A DNA stretch of 63,994 nt, the filler included, from Octopus bimaculoides (lineage: Eukaryota): assembly GCF_001194135.2 (NCBI RefSeq). It is 7 parts of 7 records of this genome, joined end to end, with 100 filler letters (N's around TTAATTAATTAA, not from the genome) between each part and the next. Parts side by side here need not be neighbours in the genome. Positions count along the whole stretch, not along the records: positions 1 to 13,618 come from NC_069010.1; positions 13,719 to 41,744 come from NC_068991.1; 5 more parts are not named here. One strand, 5' to 3'. A model generated the notes under the pieces. That model made no database searches, had not been told where the DNA came from, and saw nothing but the letters and a program-made list of their open reading frames with translations. This document shows positions 11,998 through 22,335 of the stretch, one piece after another. Within the stretch, counting starts at the first letter, position 1. Each line of letters opens with the position of its first letter. A program made the translations under genes and the position numbers.

Positions 11998-12580
11998 CCA
12001 CTATCTTGCAAACTGCTTTCCAACCCTTCAGGATACCTTCTAAGCGTTACTCACCATACTGTCTTTCTCGCCCTGAGGATACATTTTGCTTGTTTCTCAT
12101 TTATTTCATCTTTGTCCATCAATTCACTTTCGTATGTCCACTTTGTACTGTTTTGTTTGCTCTCGGCCCTATATTCTCCGCAACTTTTGTGGGCACCACC
12201 AGCATGAGAAGTCCTCAGTCTTATCATTCATGGTGCAAAACCGAGTACTACCACTTGGTTCATAACTGATGAAAAATTAGGAACCTTTTGTGTGTGTCTC
12301 CCGTCCAGTTGTTTATTCAGTAGACATTATACGTTTTTATTACAAGTTGTTTGTTTATTTATAACACATTTTTTCATTTAAGTAACAGAATGCAATGCAC
12401 CCTGCTTTTTATTAGCATACATTTTCAGTTACATACATAATATTTCAAGATAGGAGAGTATTGTAGTTCGCTTGAAGCATTGTGTATTGTTTGTTAAGAA
12501 TAAAAGTTTAGAATGGTACAACAATGCACTATAGAACAAAAAATGGACTATATACCTGTTGTAATTTGGTTATCTATAGT

Positions 12581-12620
12581 CCAATGATATTTCGGAATTA
12601 CAATTCCTTCTTCAGATCTT
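12581..12620 (-). ncRNA. Minimal type I hammerhead ribozyme core (putative)
   Basis: CTGAAGA-A-GGAATT gt AATTCC-GAAA-TAT-C: stem II hairpin, palindromic ATAT helix III, weak stem I (GAT/ATT). Confidence 0.55.
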
Positions 12621-12706
12621 CTTAGCTGGAGTCTCTGCTAAGAAGAGACTCCAGCTGAGAAGATATTGTAATTCCGAAATATCATCGGACTATAGATAAC
12701 CAAATT

Positions 12707-13093
12707 GTTGTTGTTGGCACTCCATCGCTTACGATGTCGAGGGTTACAGTTGATCCGATCAATGGAACAGCCTGCTCGTGAAATTAACGTGCAAGTGGCT
12801 GAGCACTCCACAGACACGTGTACCTTTAACGTAGTTCTCAGGGATATTCAGCGTGACACAGAGTGTGACAAGGCTGACCCTTTGAATTACAGGTACAACA
12901 GAAACAGGAAGGAAGAGTGAGAGAAAGTTGCGGTGAAAGAGTACAGCAGGGTTCGCCACCATCCCCTGCCAGAGCCTCGTGGAGCTTTAGGTGTTTTCGC
13001 TCAATAAACACTCACAACGCCTGGTCTGGGGATCGAAACCGCGATCCTATGACCGCAAGTCCACTGCCCTAACCAATGGGCCATTGCGCCTCC
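12707..13093 (-). mobile_element. tRNA-derived SINE family C, (CAA)n tail
   Basis: Head GGAGGCGCAATGGCCCATTGGTTAGG...GGTTTCGATCCC. 13-bp TSD AGATAACCAAATT at 12694-12706 and 13094-13106. Copies at 47566-47947 and ~27830-28075. Confidence 0.9.
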
Positions 13094-13205
13094 AGATAAC
13101 CAAATTACAACAGGTATATAGTCCATTTTTTGTTCTATAGTGCATTGTTGTACCAGTCTAAACTTTTTATTCTTTATAATATTTCACATATAATATTTGA
13201 CATGC

Positions 13206-13618
13206 TCTGTTGCAAAGTGAAGGTTTGAATTAACAACCTTTTTAATTTACTGAGTGAATATATATCATTGAGTCTATAAGTATATATATGTATGTATGTT
13301 TATGCATGTGTTTATGTGTGTAGCTGTGTGTATATAATTGTATATATATATAATTGTATGCATATCTGTTGCAGAGTGAACGTTTGAATAAACAACCTTT
13401 TTAATTTACTGAGTGAATATATATCATTGAGTCTATAAGTATATATATGTATGTATGTTTATGCACGTGTTTATGTGTGTAGCTGTGTGTATATAATTGT
13501 ATATATATAATTGTATGCATATCTGTTGCAAAGTGAAGGTTTGAATTAACAACCTTTTTAATTTACTGAGTGAATATATCATTGAGTCTATAAGTATATA
13601 TATGTATGTATGTTTATG
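13206..13618. repeat. Tandem repeat, ~158-bp unit, at least 2.6 copies running into a gap
   Basis: TCTGTTGCA(A/G)AGTGAA starts at 13206, 13365 and 13522; units nearly identical. Confidence 0.9.
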
Positions 13619-14627
13619 NNNNNNNNNNNNNNNNNNNNNNNNNNNNNNNNNNNNNNNNNNNNTTAATTAATTAANNNNNNNNNNNNNNNNNNNNNNNNNN
13701 NNNNNNNNNNNNNNNNNNTGCACTCGTGTTAACGAAAGAATGCCTAAAATTATACTGCGATTAACTTAATTATCGCATAATTAAATATCAGTTGCTTGTA
13801 GATTATTGTCAACTGTATTATTATTAACTGTATATAGATTAATATACTTTTCTACTCTAAGCCAAAGTCGACCACGGCGGAATTTGAACTCAGAACGTAA
13901 AGAATGGTTAAACAGGTTAAGTTCGTAGAAATAAATCGCTGCTAACTCATTTCAAGACTATCAAATTTATAGCACTGACGAGAAAATAAAGTACGTAGAG
14001 ATTTGAAACGAAAAAAAAAAAAAAACTTGGAAAAACAGTCATAAAAAGAAAGTTATTTCAAAAGATGAAGAAGAAATATCTGGATAAGAAGATAAAAATA
14101 CATAAATTGATGAAGTGAAATTATTGCATTATTACTTACAATATATTTAGGTTTAGGGCACTCGGCGGAGTTGTGAATAAACAACAGTGTCAGAATAAAT
14201 GCTGTTAAGAATTGTTCCATAGTGTCTTTCTGTAACATATTTAGTCGAGATTGGAATTTTGACACAGTAAACAAGAATAACTTCAGTCAGATCATGGTCG
14301 AGATAATAACAACACCAACAACAACATCATATTGGCATCTGTCATTCGAAATGAACCAGAACGAAAATCTTCAGAATAAATAAAGAGAGAAAAAAATGCT
14401 TCGCTTATGACCCGGATATATAAAGAAAATATGAAAAAAACTGTGAATATGTCAAAAATACCGTTACATATAGTATAACACACTTGAAAAAGAAAACGAA
14501 GACTTAGTTTCTAAAATTTCTGTGCAAACACACCGGATATACAGGAAGTGGCAATTAACACGTTGCGTTTGAAAGAATAATTAGTGATTAGTGTTAAATA
14601 ATTAAAGTTGATAAGAAGCAAATTTCA

Positions 14628-14790
14628 TTTCTACTCTAGGCACAAGGTCCGAAGTTTTGGGGGAGGGGCCAGTGGATTAGATCGACCCTAATACGCAACT
14701 AGTACTTAATTTATCGACCCCGAAAGGATGAAAGACAAAGTTGACCTCGGCAGAATTTGAACTCAGAACGTAAAGACAGAGAAAATACCG
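14628..14790 (-). mobile_element. SINE family B (tail type B2), 3' part; host of the ORF1 element
   Basis: B core and B-box present. Sequence breaks at GAAAATACCG| where intact copies continue CTAAGCATTTCGCC (e.g. 41846-41885). Confidence 0.85.
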
Positions 14791-16421
14791 ATTTCTTTAT
14801 TAGGCATAAAGTCTTAAACATAGATGGGGATACCACAAGGACAGACAAGATCACAGTGGGGACAAAACACATAAAACGAATGTAAATGAAATGAAAGTTA
14901 TATAAAAATGAAAATGGACGCATGGGCCCCACTCCCATGCAGTACCATTTGAACCGTTATATGTATTATTTGCAATTGTTCTTTTTTTTTCCCTTTAATT
15001 TCATACTTTTTTTTGTCTTTAGTAGAACTTCATCAGTGGTTCGATATCTCTCAAATCCACTACCAGCGGCAACTCTTCAAATTCCACCTCCACACCTGCG
15101 GGTCAATGCTATCTCCACACATCTTCCACAGCTCTCCTCTTCAATCAATATTGCCTTCATATCCTCCGCGTAGACGTATGAAGGCACCTTCACTTTTACT
15201 ATTGAATGAAACTTGATTATCTTTTTCTCTGTTTCAACATTTTCTGTACGTCACATAATACCACACTCCATCTCCTCCTCGTATCTTCTTTCTTTTGTCT
15301 TAGACTTTTGGTTCTCTCTTTTCTTCCTCCATAAATAGTCTCTCCATCTCACCTTCATACAGTTGGGTTCCCAACACTTTCTCCACTGGTAACTCCACGT
15401 TCTTTTAACTTTCTTTTTCCTTCCCACTGCCCTCCTTTACAGTTTTTTTTCTCACCTCTTTTCTCTTCTTTTTCTGCTTCTCTGCAGAGAACTCAACCTT
15501 CGTTCCTCCTTCTTTTCTTTTTAACCATAGTGAATCCTTTCGCCGTTTCTTTTTCTGTTGCCTTGTCCTGTACTACTTGGTCCACACTCTCATGTCTCTT
15601 CTCCTGTTCTGTTTGTGGCCCCTTTCTCCACATGAGAAACACTGGTGGCCTACCCTCCACAATAACACTCAGCTTCACATCTTCCGGCAGCACAATCTCA
15701 TCCACCACACTATTCAAGTCCTCCGTTGTTGCCTGAATCGTTAATCCAATACCATATCTCCAGTAGTTCACCTTCTGGGTCTTTGTAGCCTTCAGAATCT
15801 TCCAGTCTTTCATATTATACGTTATGGCTGTCATCAGCCATTCTTTCAGTTCGGATGGCATCTTACTCACTCGCACCTTGGCCACACGTTTGCCGCAGTA
15901 CGAAGGCAAGAGCACCCATTCCTCTGTCCTTATTGCCTCTGTGGAGTGCTTTATTGCTTCCTCCTCCGTTGTGAAGCGCATCTCCACAATGGCGTATCTC
16001 CTCCCTCTCGTAATGTAGGTTGTAAGTCTTCTCAGTTCCTTTATACATTCCTCTATGGCTTCTATCAGCACAATCTCTATTTTTCTTGTGGCTACCTTCA
16101 TGGTTTTAAATGTTACCGGTCTTTTTAACACGCTGGCCGTTAAATCTTCAGGTGGCGTTAGCTTCAGAATATTACTTTCTTCAGTGATTAGTTTTTCACT
16201 CTCCTTCATCTTTCTAGGCTCCACTTTTATTTCGAAGACCTCCAACTCTTGCACATTTACTCCTTTGCTCGTTGCGGCCGCATAACTTGGGCCTGCCTCC
16301 GGCGCCTTCTCTATTTTCCACAAAACAACAATTAACGAACTAACAACTTTGGCAACAATTCAAATCAATAACAATGGCAACAATTCGATAAACGCTTTAA
16401 CATTGACTCACGCAATAACTT
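14791..16421 (-). mobile_element. ORF1-only non-LTR retroelement, unit A
   Basis: ~105-bp 5' UTR, gag-like ORF, ~230-bp 3' UTR ending AATAAAGAAAT. No ORF2. Homologous over its full length to unit B. Confidence 0.8.
15019..16314 (-). pseudogene. L1/Tx1-type ORF1 (RRM-like region, CCHC knuckle, K/E linker, C-terminal domain), disrupted
   Basis: 276-aa open stretch ...SYCGKRVAKVRV...VIVEGRPP, then frameshift into CFSCGERGH (truncated knuckle). Start ATG appears as ATA (16314-16312). Ends ...DIEPLMKFY*. Confidence 0.75.
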
Positions 16422-16439
16422 GACAGAGACGGGATACCG

Positions 16440-18188
16440 ATTTCTTTATTTGGCATAAAGCCCTAAACACGGATGCGGACACCACAAGGACAGACAAGAC
16501 CACAGTGGGGACGAAAAACATAAAACGAATGTAAATGGGATGAAATTATACAATAATGAAAAAAATGAAAATGGCCACACGGGCCCCACTCCCATGCGGT
16601 ACCATTTGAACCATTAGATGTACTGTCTACAATTGTTCTTTTTTTTCCTACTTTATCACCATTATTTTCCTAAAAATAATATCATTTAACATACCTTATT
16701 TTTCTCTTTTAGTAGAACTTCATCAGTGGTTCAATATCTCTCAGATTCACTACTGGTGGCAACGCCTTGAATTCCACCTCCATTCCTGGTTTGTCAACGC
16801 TATCTCCAANNNNNNNNNNCGCCTTGAATTCCACCTCCATTCCTGGTGGGTCAACGCTATCTCCAAACATCTCTTTCAACTGTCTGTAGTTCTCTTCTTC
16901 AATCAGTATTGCCTTCATATCCTCTGTGTAGACGTATGAAGGCACCTTCACTCTTACTGTTGAATGAAACTTAACTTTTATTTCTGTTTCTACATTCTTT
17001 GGGTATGTCACATAATACCACACACCATCTCCTCCTCGTATCTTCTTTCCTTTATCTTGTACTTTTTGTTCTGTTTTTCCTTCCTCTATCCTAAATAATC
17101 TCTCCAATTCTCCTTCCTGCAGTTGTATTTCCGAATCTTTCTCCACTGCGACAACCGGTATCTTTACTGGTAACTCCACTTTCTTTTTACTTTCCCTTTT
17201 TTCTTCCTGACCTCCATCACAGTTTCTTTTCTCACCTTCTTTTTCTGTTTCTCTGGCGGAGAACTCATTCCTCCTTCTTTTCTTTTTAACCATAGTAAAT
17301 CCATTCTCCGTTTCTTTTTGTTATCATGATCTGGTCCACACTCTCCATCTGTTCAGCTTGTACTCTTTGGGCGCACCACGCCTTCATGTGACCCCTCTCT
17401 CCACATGGGAAACATATCGGCGGCCTTCCCTCTACACTTATTCTCACTCTTACATCTTCTGGCAGCACAATCTCATCCACTACACTGTTCAAATTCTCCG
17501 TAGTTGCCTGTATTGTCAATTCAATACCGTATCCCCAATAGTTTACTTTCTGGATCCTGGTAGCCTTCAAATTCTTCCCATCCTTCATATTGTATGTTAT
17601 TGCTGTCATCAGCCATTCTTCCTTTAATTCGGGTGGCACCTTATCCACTCGCACCTTGACCACACGTTTGCCGCAGTATGAAGGCAGGAACATCCATTCT
17701 TCTAACCTCTGTGGAGTGCTTTATTGCTTCTTCCTCTGTTGTGAAGCGCACCTCCACAGTGGCGTATCTCCTCCCTCTCGTAATGTAGGTTGTAAGTCTT
17801 CTCAATTCCTTTATACATTCCTCTATGGCTTCTATCGGCGCAATCTCTATTTTTCTTGTGGCTACCTTCATTGTTTTAAATGTTACCGTTCTTTTTAACA
17901 CGTTGGCCGATAAATCTTCAGGTGGCGTTAGCTTCAGAATATTACCTTCCTTGGTGATTAGTTTTTCACTCTCCTTCATCTTTCTAGGCTCCACTTTTAT
18001 TTCGCAGACCTCCAACTCTTGCACATCTACTCCTATGTTCGTTGCGACCGCATAACTTGGGCCTGCCCTCCGGCGTCTTCTCCATTTTCCACAATGGGAA
18101 ACAAAACAACAATTAACGAACTAACAACTTTGGCAACAATTCAAATCAATAACAATGGCAACAATTCGATAAACGCTTTAATATAGAC
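16440..18188 (-). mobile_element. ORF1-only non-LTR retroelement, unit B (5' end runs into a gap)
   Basis: Same architecture as unit A, in head-to-tail tandem with it. Confidence 0.8.
16709..18085 (-). pseudogene. L1/Tx1-type ORF1, three frameshifts
   Basis: ATG at 18085. ORF pieces 17641-18024, 17286-17693 (VEGRPPICFPCGERGHMKAWC = CX2CX4HX4C) and 16709-17293. Confidence 0.8.
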
Positions 18189-18507
18189 NNNNNNNNNNNN
18201 NNNNNNNNNNNNNNNNNNNNNNNNNNNNNNNNNNNNNNNNNNNNNNNNNNNNNNNNNNNNNNNNNNNNNNNNNNNNNNNNNNNNNNNNNNNNNNNNCCTT
18301 GAAACTGCTGGTCTTGAGCCAAAAGTAGAAACAATTATCTTGGTATGTTTAGGAAACAGTTTGGGGCATTTTCTGCTTTATTCTGGCCTCAGCATCAAAA
18401 CGTATTTGCTGAAGTAGTGAGGGTGTCAAAAATTAGAATACTTTAGAGAGTAAATAACACATGAAAAACAATAATCAAAGTGATGTTAACTTATTTAATG
18501 TAGGGAT

Positions 18508-18951
18508 TGTAGTGGCGCGAAACTATGGCCGCCATTAAGGATGTACAATCTACGCATGTGCAAGGGACTAGCCTTCCCAGAAGCCCCTCGAGTGCGCATG
18601 CATAGTAAAACCAGTACTTAAAGCGTTACTTTCGTTTTCTAAGTTTCTTCAGCATGATGCCTTCGACGTGACAACACCTTACTCCTCAACGAAGCAATCT
18701 TGAGCGCGACCACTTTGACGTGACAGCTACTTGCTCCTCTGGCATGCATCAACGAAGCTCTTAACCTTCCAATACAAGTAAACCAGCGGCTGCTGAGCTG
18801 AATGTCACATTATTTGTAAAACCAAGCATCACCAAAAGTAAAACTTATTTTTATTATGTTGTTAATTGTTCTACTGTTTCTTAATATATAATTTTATTGA
18901 AAGGTGATAGAGAGAGACTAATGTCTCTATTGCAACTATCAACCTTTTACA
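18508..18951 (+). mobile_element. Solo LTR (TGTA...TACA), probably Gypsy-type
   Basis: 444 bp, 4-bp terminal IR TGTA/TACA, flanks GGAT (18504-07) and GGAC (18952-55) as an imperfect 4-bp TSD. Second copy starts at the same base at 4372. Confidence 0.7.
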
Positions 18952-19316
18952 GGACCATTAAAATAAAACTAGAAATAATTATATTTTAATTATAATTTAT
19001 AAATTACCTTCAAGAGACAACTCTCAACAAGTTTCTTTGATGGTACAATATACACCTGAGGCAATGTTTGTATACTGCTGCTGTTGTTTCTGTTTATGAA
19101 TGACGGTGATAAGTTAAATATGATCCTATACTGCCAGCCCCTACCACTAACCTTGGATGAATAAAATCCCCTGTTTTTTTCTATTAATGTGAGCTAAAAC
19201 ACCAATTCATCCTTTTTTTCATAATTGTGAGAGAAGATTACCATTATTTGTATATATACTTTCAAATTCGGTCTCCAGTTGGTTTAATTTTACTGTATTA
19301 TATTAATTCCTTCAAA

Positions 19317-19707
19317 GGTAGAGATGGACTATATGTAATCTGAACCTTTCCCCCCCTTATTTATTAATTTTTTTTACGGAATCCCACGTTTTAGGCTATG
19401 GAGATTCCGATTCTGAAAAAAAAATTTTTGAAAAATTTCAATCCCCCCCCCCCACNNNNNNNNNNNNNNNNNNNNNNNNNNNNNNNNNNNNNNNNNNNNN
19501 NNNNNNNNNNNNNNNNNNNNNNNNNNNNNNNNNNNNNNNNNNNNNNNNNNNNNNNNNNNNNNNNNNNNNNNNNNNNNNNNNNNNNNNNNNNNNNNNNNNN
19601 NNNTTCCAGAATCGGATTCTCCATGGTCTGAAACATAGGATTCCGTAAAAAAAAAAAAAAATTTTAAAGTGGGGGTATACCCAGATTACATATACTCCAT
19701 CTCCACC
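19317..19707. mobile_element. MITE with long TIRs and 8-bp TSD (gap in the middle)
   Basis: GGTAGAGATGGACTATATGTAATCTG / CAGATTACATATACTCCATCTCCACC. Further subterminal IR. TSD CCTTCAAA at 19309-19316 and 19708-19715. Confidence 0.85.
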
Positions 19708-19972
19708 CCTTCAAATACGTAACAGACTTCCAACTTGTCTTCATCTCTTTAAAAGACCTGGTGTTAAATTTTAAGAAACATTTATCATTGTTGTCTTTTT
19801 AAAGTCAAGTGACGTTGAGTTCAAGAAATATTTCAGAATACCAAGCATATGATCTGGTTCCCAGCTTCAGCCGTTTAACTTCACTTTTATTATTAATGCT
19901 CCTTAAAAAAATCATAATTATAACAATTTTATTATCTTTAAAAATCCAGGTTGTATATCTATTTCTTTTTTA

Positions 19973-20350
19973 TTCTTTTATTTGTTTGTCATTTGACTGC
20001 AGCCATGCTGGAGAACCACCTTTAGTCAAACAAATCAACCCTAGAACTTATGCTTTGTAAACCGAGTGATTATTCTATCAGTCTCTTTTGCCAAACCACT
20101 AAGTTATAAGGATGTAAACACACCAACATCGGTTGTCAAGCAATGGTGGGGGACAAATGTAGACACACAAATACCTACACACACATATGACGGGCTTCTT
20201 TCAGTTTCCATTTACCAAACCCACTCACGAGGCTTTGGTCAGCCAGAGGCTATAGTAAAAGATACTTGCCCAAGGTGCCACGCACTGGGACTGAACCCAG
20301 AACCATGTGGTTGGGAAGCAAGCTTCTTAAGATACAGCCACTCCTGCACC
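19973..20350 (-). mobile_element. SINE family A (full length, diverged)
   Basis: Reverse complement of the family A tail and head. Confidence 0.85.
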
Positions 20351-20639
20351 TATAATTTAATAGAAACTTTTATCCAAGTCTTTACAGATTATTGCAGACT
20401 TGTAAGATTGATGCTGTTGATATTCACTTTGTATTTTTGTAGATTCATGGCGTTTGGGGAAGAGGGAGACCCACAAAAACAGGGGACAAAGTGGCAAGGA
20501 CTGATCTCAAGATGTTGTGTGTTGCAGAGCAGAGGACAAAGAACTGAAATAATTGGCTTTTTGCTGTGCTCAAGAAGACTCGCCCATCACAGTGATAGTG
20601 AGATACTACAAGTATTATGCTAATTCTTGTCCATGCTGG

Positions 20640-21270
20640 ACCTATACCCAATTTGGCTACATCAAGCAACCTCATGAAAGACACATACACATCTCATCTT
20701 CCTAATATTCATCCCTCCATCACTTTTCTAACTATGGTACTACTCAACTGCTGCAATCATTTGAGAGCACTATCAGCACATACTTTAGCACTACCAATAA
20801 CCTCACTTTTATTATCATCCCTGTCCATGCTACTTCCAACGATCACCTCACTTTCTGTACCTTCAGTAGTCTCCATCCCATGTCTAAGCTAAACCTTAGG
20901 TGTTCCATATTTCATCTTTAACACCTCTGCTATCATTTTCAACACCTCATATCCGCTATTGATGATCTTTCCATCTTTGTTGCCCTACTTACTTTAGCCA
21001 CCTTCTGATCTCCATCTCTCCCACAGTCTCTCACCCTCCCTCTTTATTCTCACACTCAGCACCCCATCTCCCAAATTTCATGTGCTGCTAATTGTCACCT
21101 CCTCCTCTCTCAAACACTTCTATCTCTTCCACCTCCTCCCTTCCATTCTGATATTTACCATCAACTACATCCCCACCCTTTTTCATCACTCACTGCATCC
21201 ACCTCTACCTTCACCTTTAAACATTTGTTACTTTCCTCCTACACCCTTATGAAATTACCCACATTATCTT
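20640..21270 (-). pseudogene. Heavily decayed RTE-type LINE ORF2 fragment
   Basis: Purine-rich minus strand, with GR*DVYVSFM.L resembling the RT motif (K/G)xxVYVAFMDLEKAYD. Same compositional signature as 30470-31910. Confidence 0.5.
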
Positions 21271-21860
21271 TCTTACTATTTCATTGTCCATATTCTTTAC
21301 AAAATGTGAGGTAGTCATGTATCTCCTCTATAGCAAGATTAATGACTGTAGCATATTAGAGCGTGAAAGCTTGTGGATGTGGATCAGAACGGTCAAATGA
21401 AATTGGGTTGGCTTTGCAAGATGTTCTCAAGGTCTTAATTCATAGAAATTCTCTGGCAAGCAGTATCTAGGTTATGTGTGCTTCTCATTGTTTTTTCAAA
21501 TCCTTAATATGCTGTTGACGCAGTTTGAAGCCGTCACAGTTTGACAGATTTTTGTTTACAAGACACAAATTAGCTATTGTGAATGTATTCATCAATTAGA
21601 GCTCTATATTAACAATGTGTTAAGTGTCTACATTTTATCAACAGAAGTAATAAAATAATAGATCATTATTTCAGATGTATTTATTGCAAGTAAATAGGGA
21701 TTTATTGAAAGTTAAATGTCTCTATCATTTTATATATTTTAACAATGGCTGTTTGTTTGTTTCTTACTTCATAGCAATTGTTAGATATTTTTCAAGCTGA
21801 TTCATATTTTCTATACTATTTATACATATCCTATAATGTCATTTAAATATATAAAATTCA

Positions 21861-22335
21861 CAGTTCTATATTTAAGAGATGAGGAATTATGTACATATTT
21901 ATATTATTTACATTTGACGGATATTTGTCCTCATCTTGTTTGTTGTTAACACGTTTCAGCTGATATACCCGCCAGCCTTCATCAGGTGTCTTGGGGAAAA
22001 TTTCAAACCTGGGTATTTTTCAATATTATTATTATTGTTCAGGTCACTGCCTGGAATGGAACTTGGAATCTTGGGGTTAGTAGCCCGTGCTCTTAACCAC
22101 TATGCTATTTGCCCAAGCATATGGCATAGTGGTTAAGAGCATGGGCTACTAACCCAAAGATTCCAAGCAGTGACCTTAATAATAATAATAATATCGAAAA
22201 ATACCTTAGAAACGAGAACCCAAGTTCGAAATTTCCCAAAGACACCTGATGAAGGCTTGAGGGTTCATCTGCCGAAATGTGATAACAACAAAACAAGATG
22301 AGGACAAATATCCATCAAATGTAAATAATGTATAT
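21861..22335. mobile_element. Inverted dimer of a tRNA-headed element with (AAT)n and Penelope/hammerhead tail
   Basis: Arms 21861-22114 (minus) and 22117-22335 (plus), 2-bp spacer. Each arm: G(G)GCATATGGCATAGTGGTTAAGAGC head, (AAT)n, ACACCTGATGAAGGCT...GAAA tail. Confidence 0.85.

Larger units (their letters stand above)
12493..13175. mobile_element. Foldback made of two Penelope-type ends joined head-to-head, right arm interrupted by a SINE
   Basis: Near-perfect palindrome centred ~12640 (AGCTGGAGTCTCT...AGAGACTCCAGCT). Arms match again after removing 12707-13106. Confidence 0.8.

Noticed and set aside
13663-13674. TTAATTAATTAA islands inside N runs (also 41789, 48011, 51200, 57123, 62921)
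   Set aside because: Always centred between two ~44-N blocks and contains stops in all frames: an assembly spacer, not biology.
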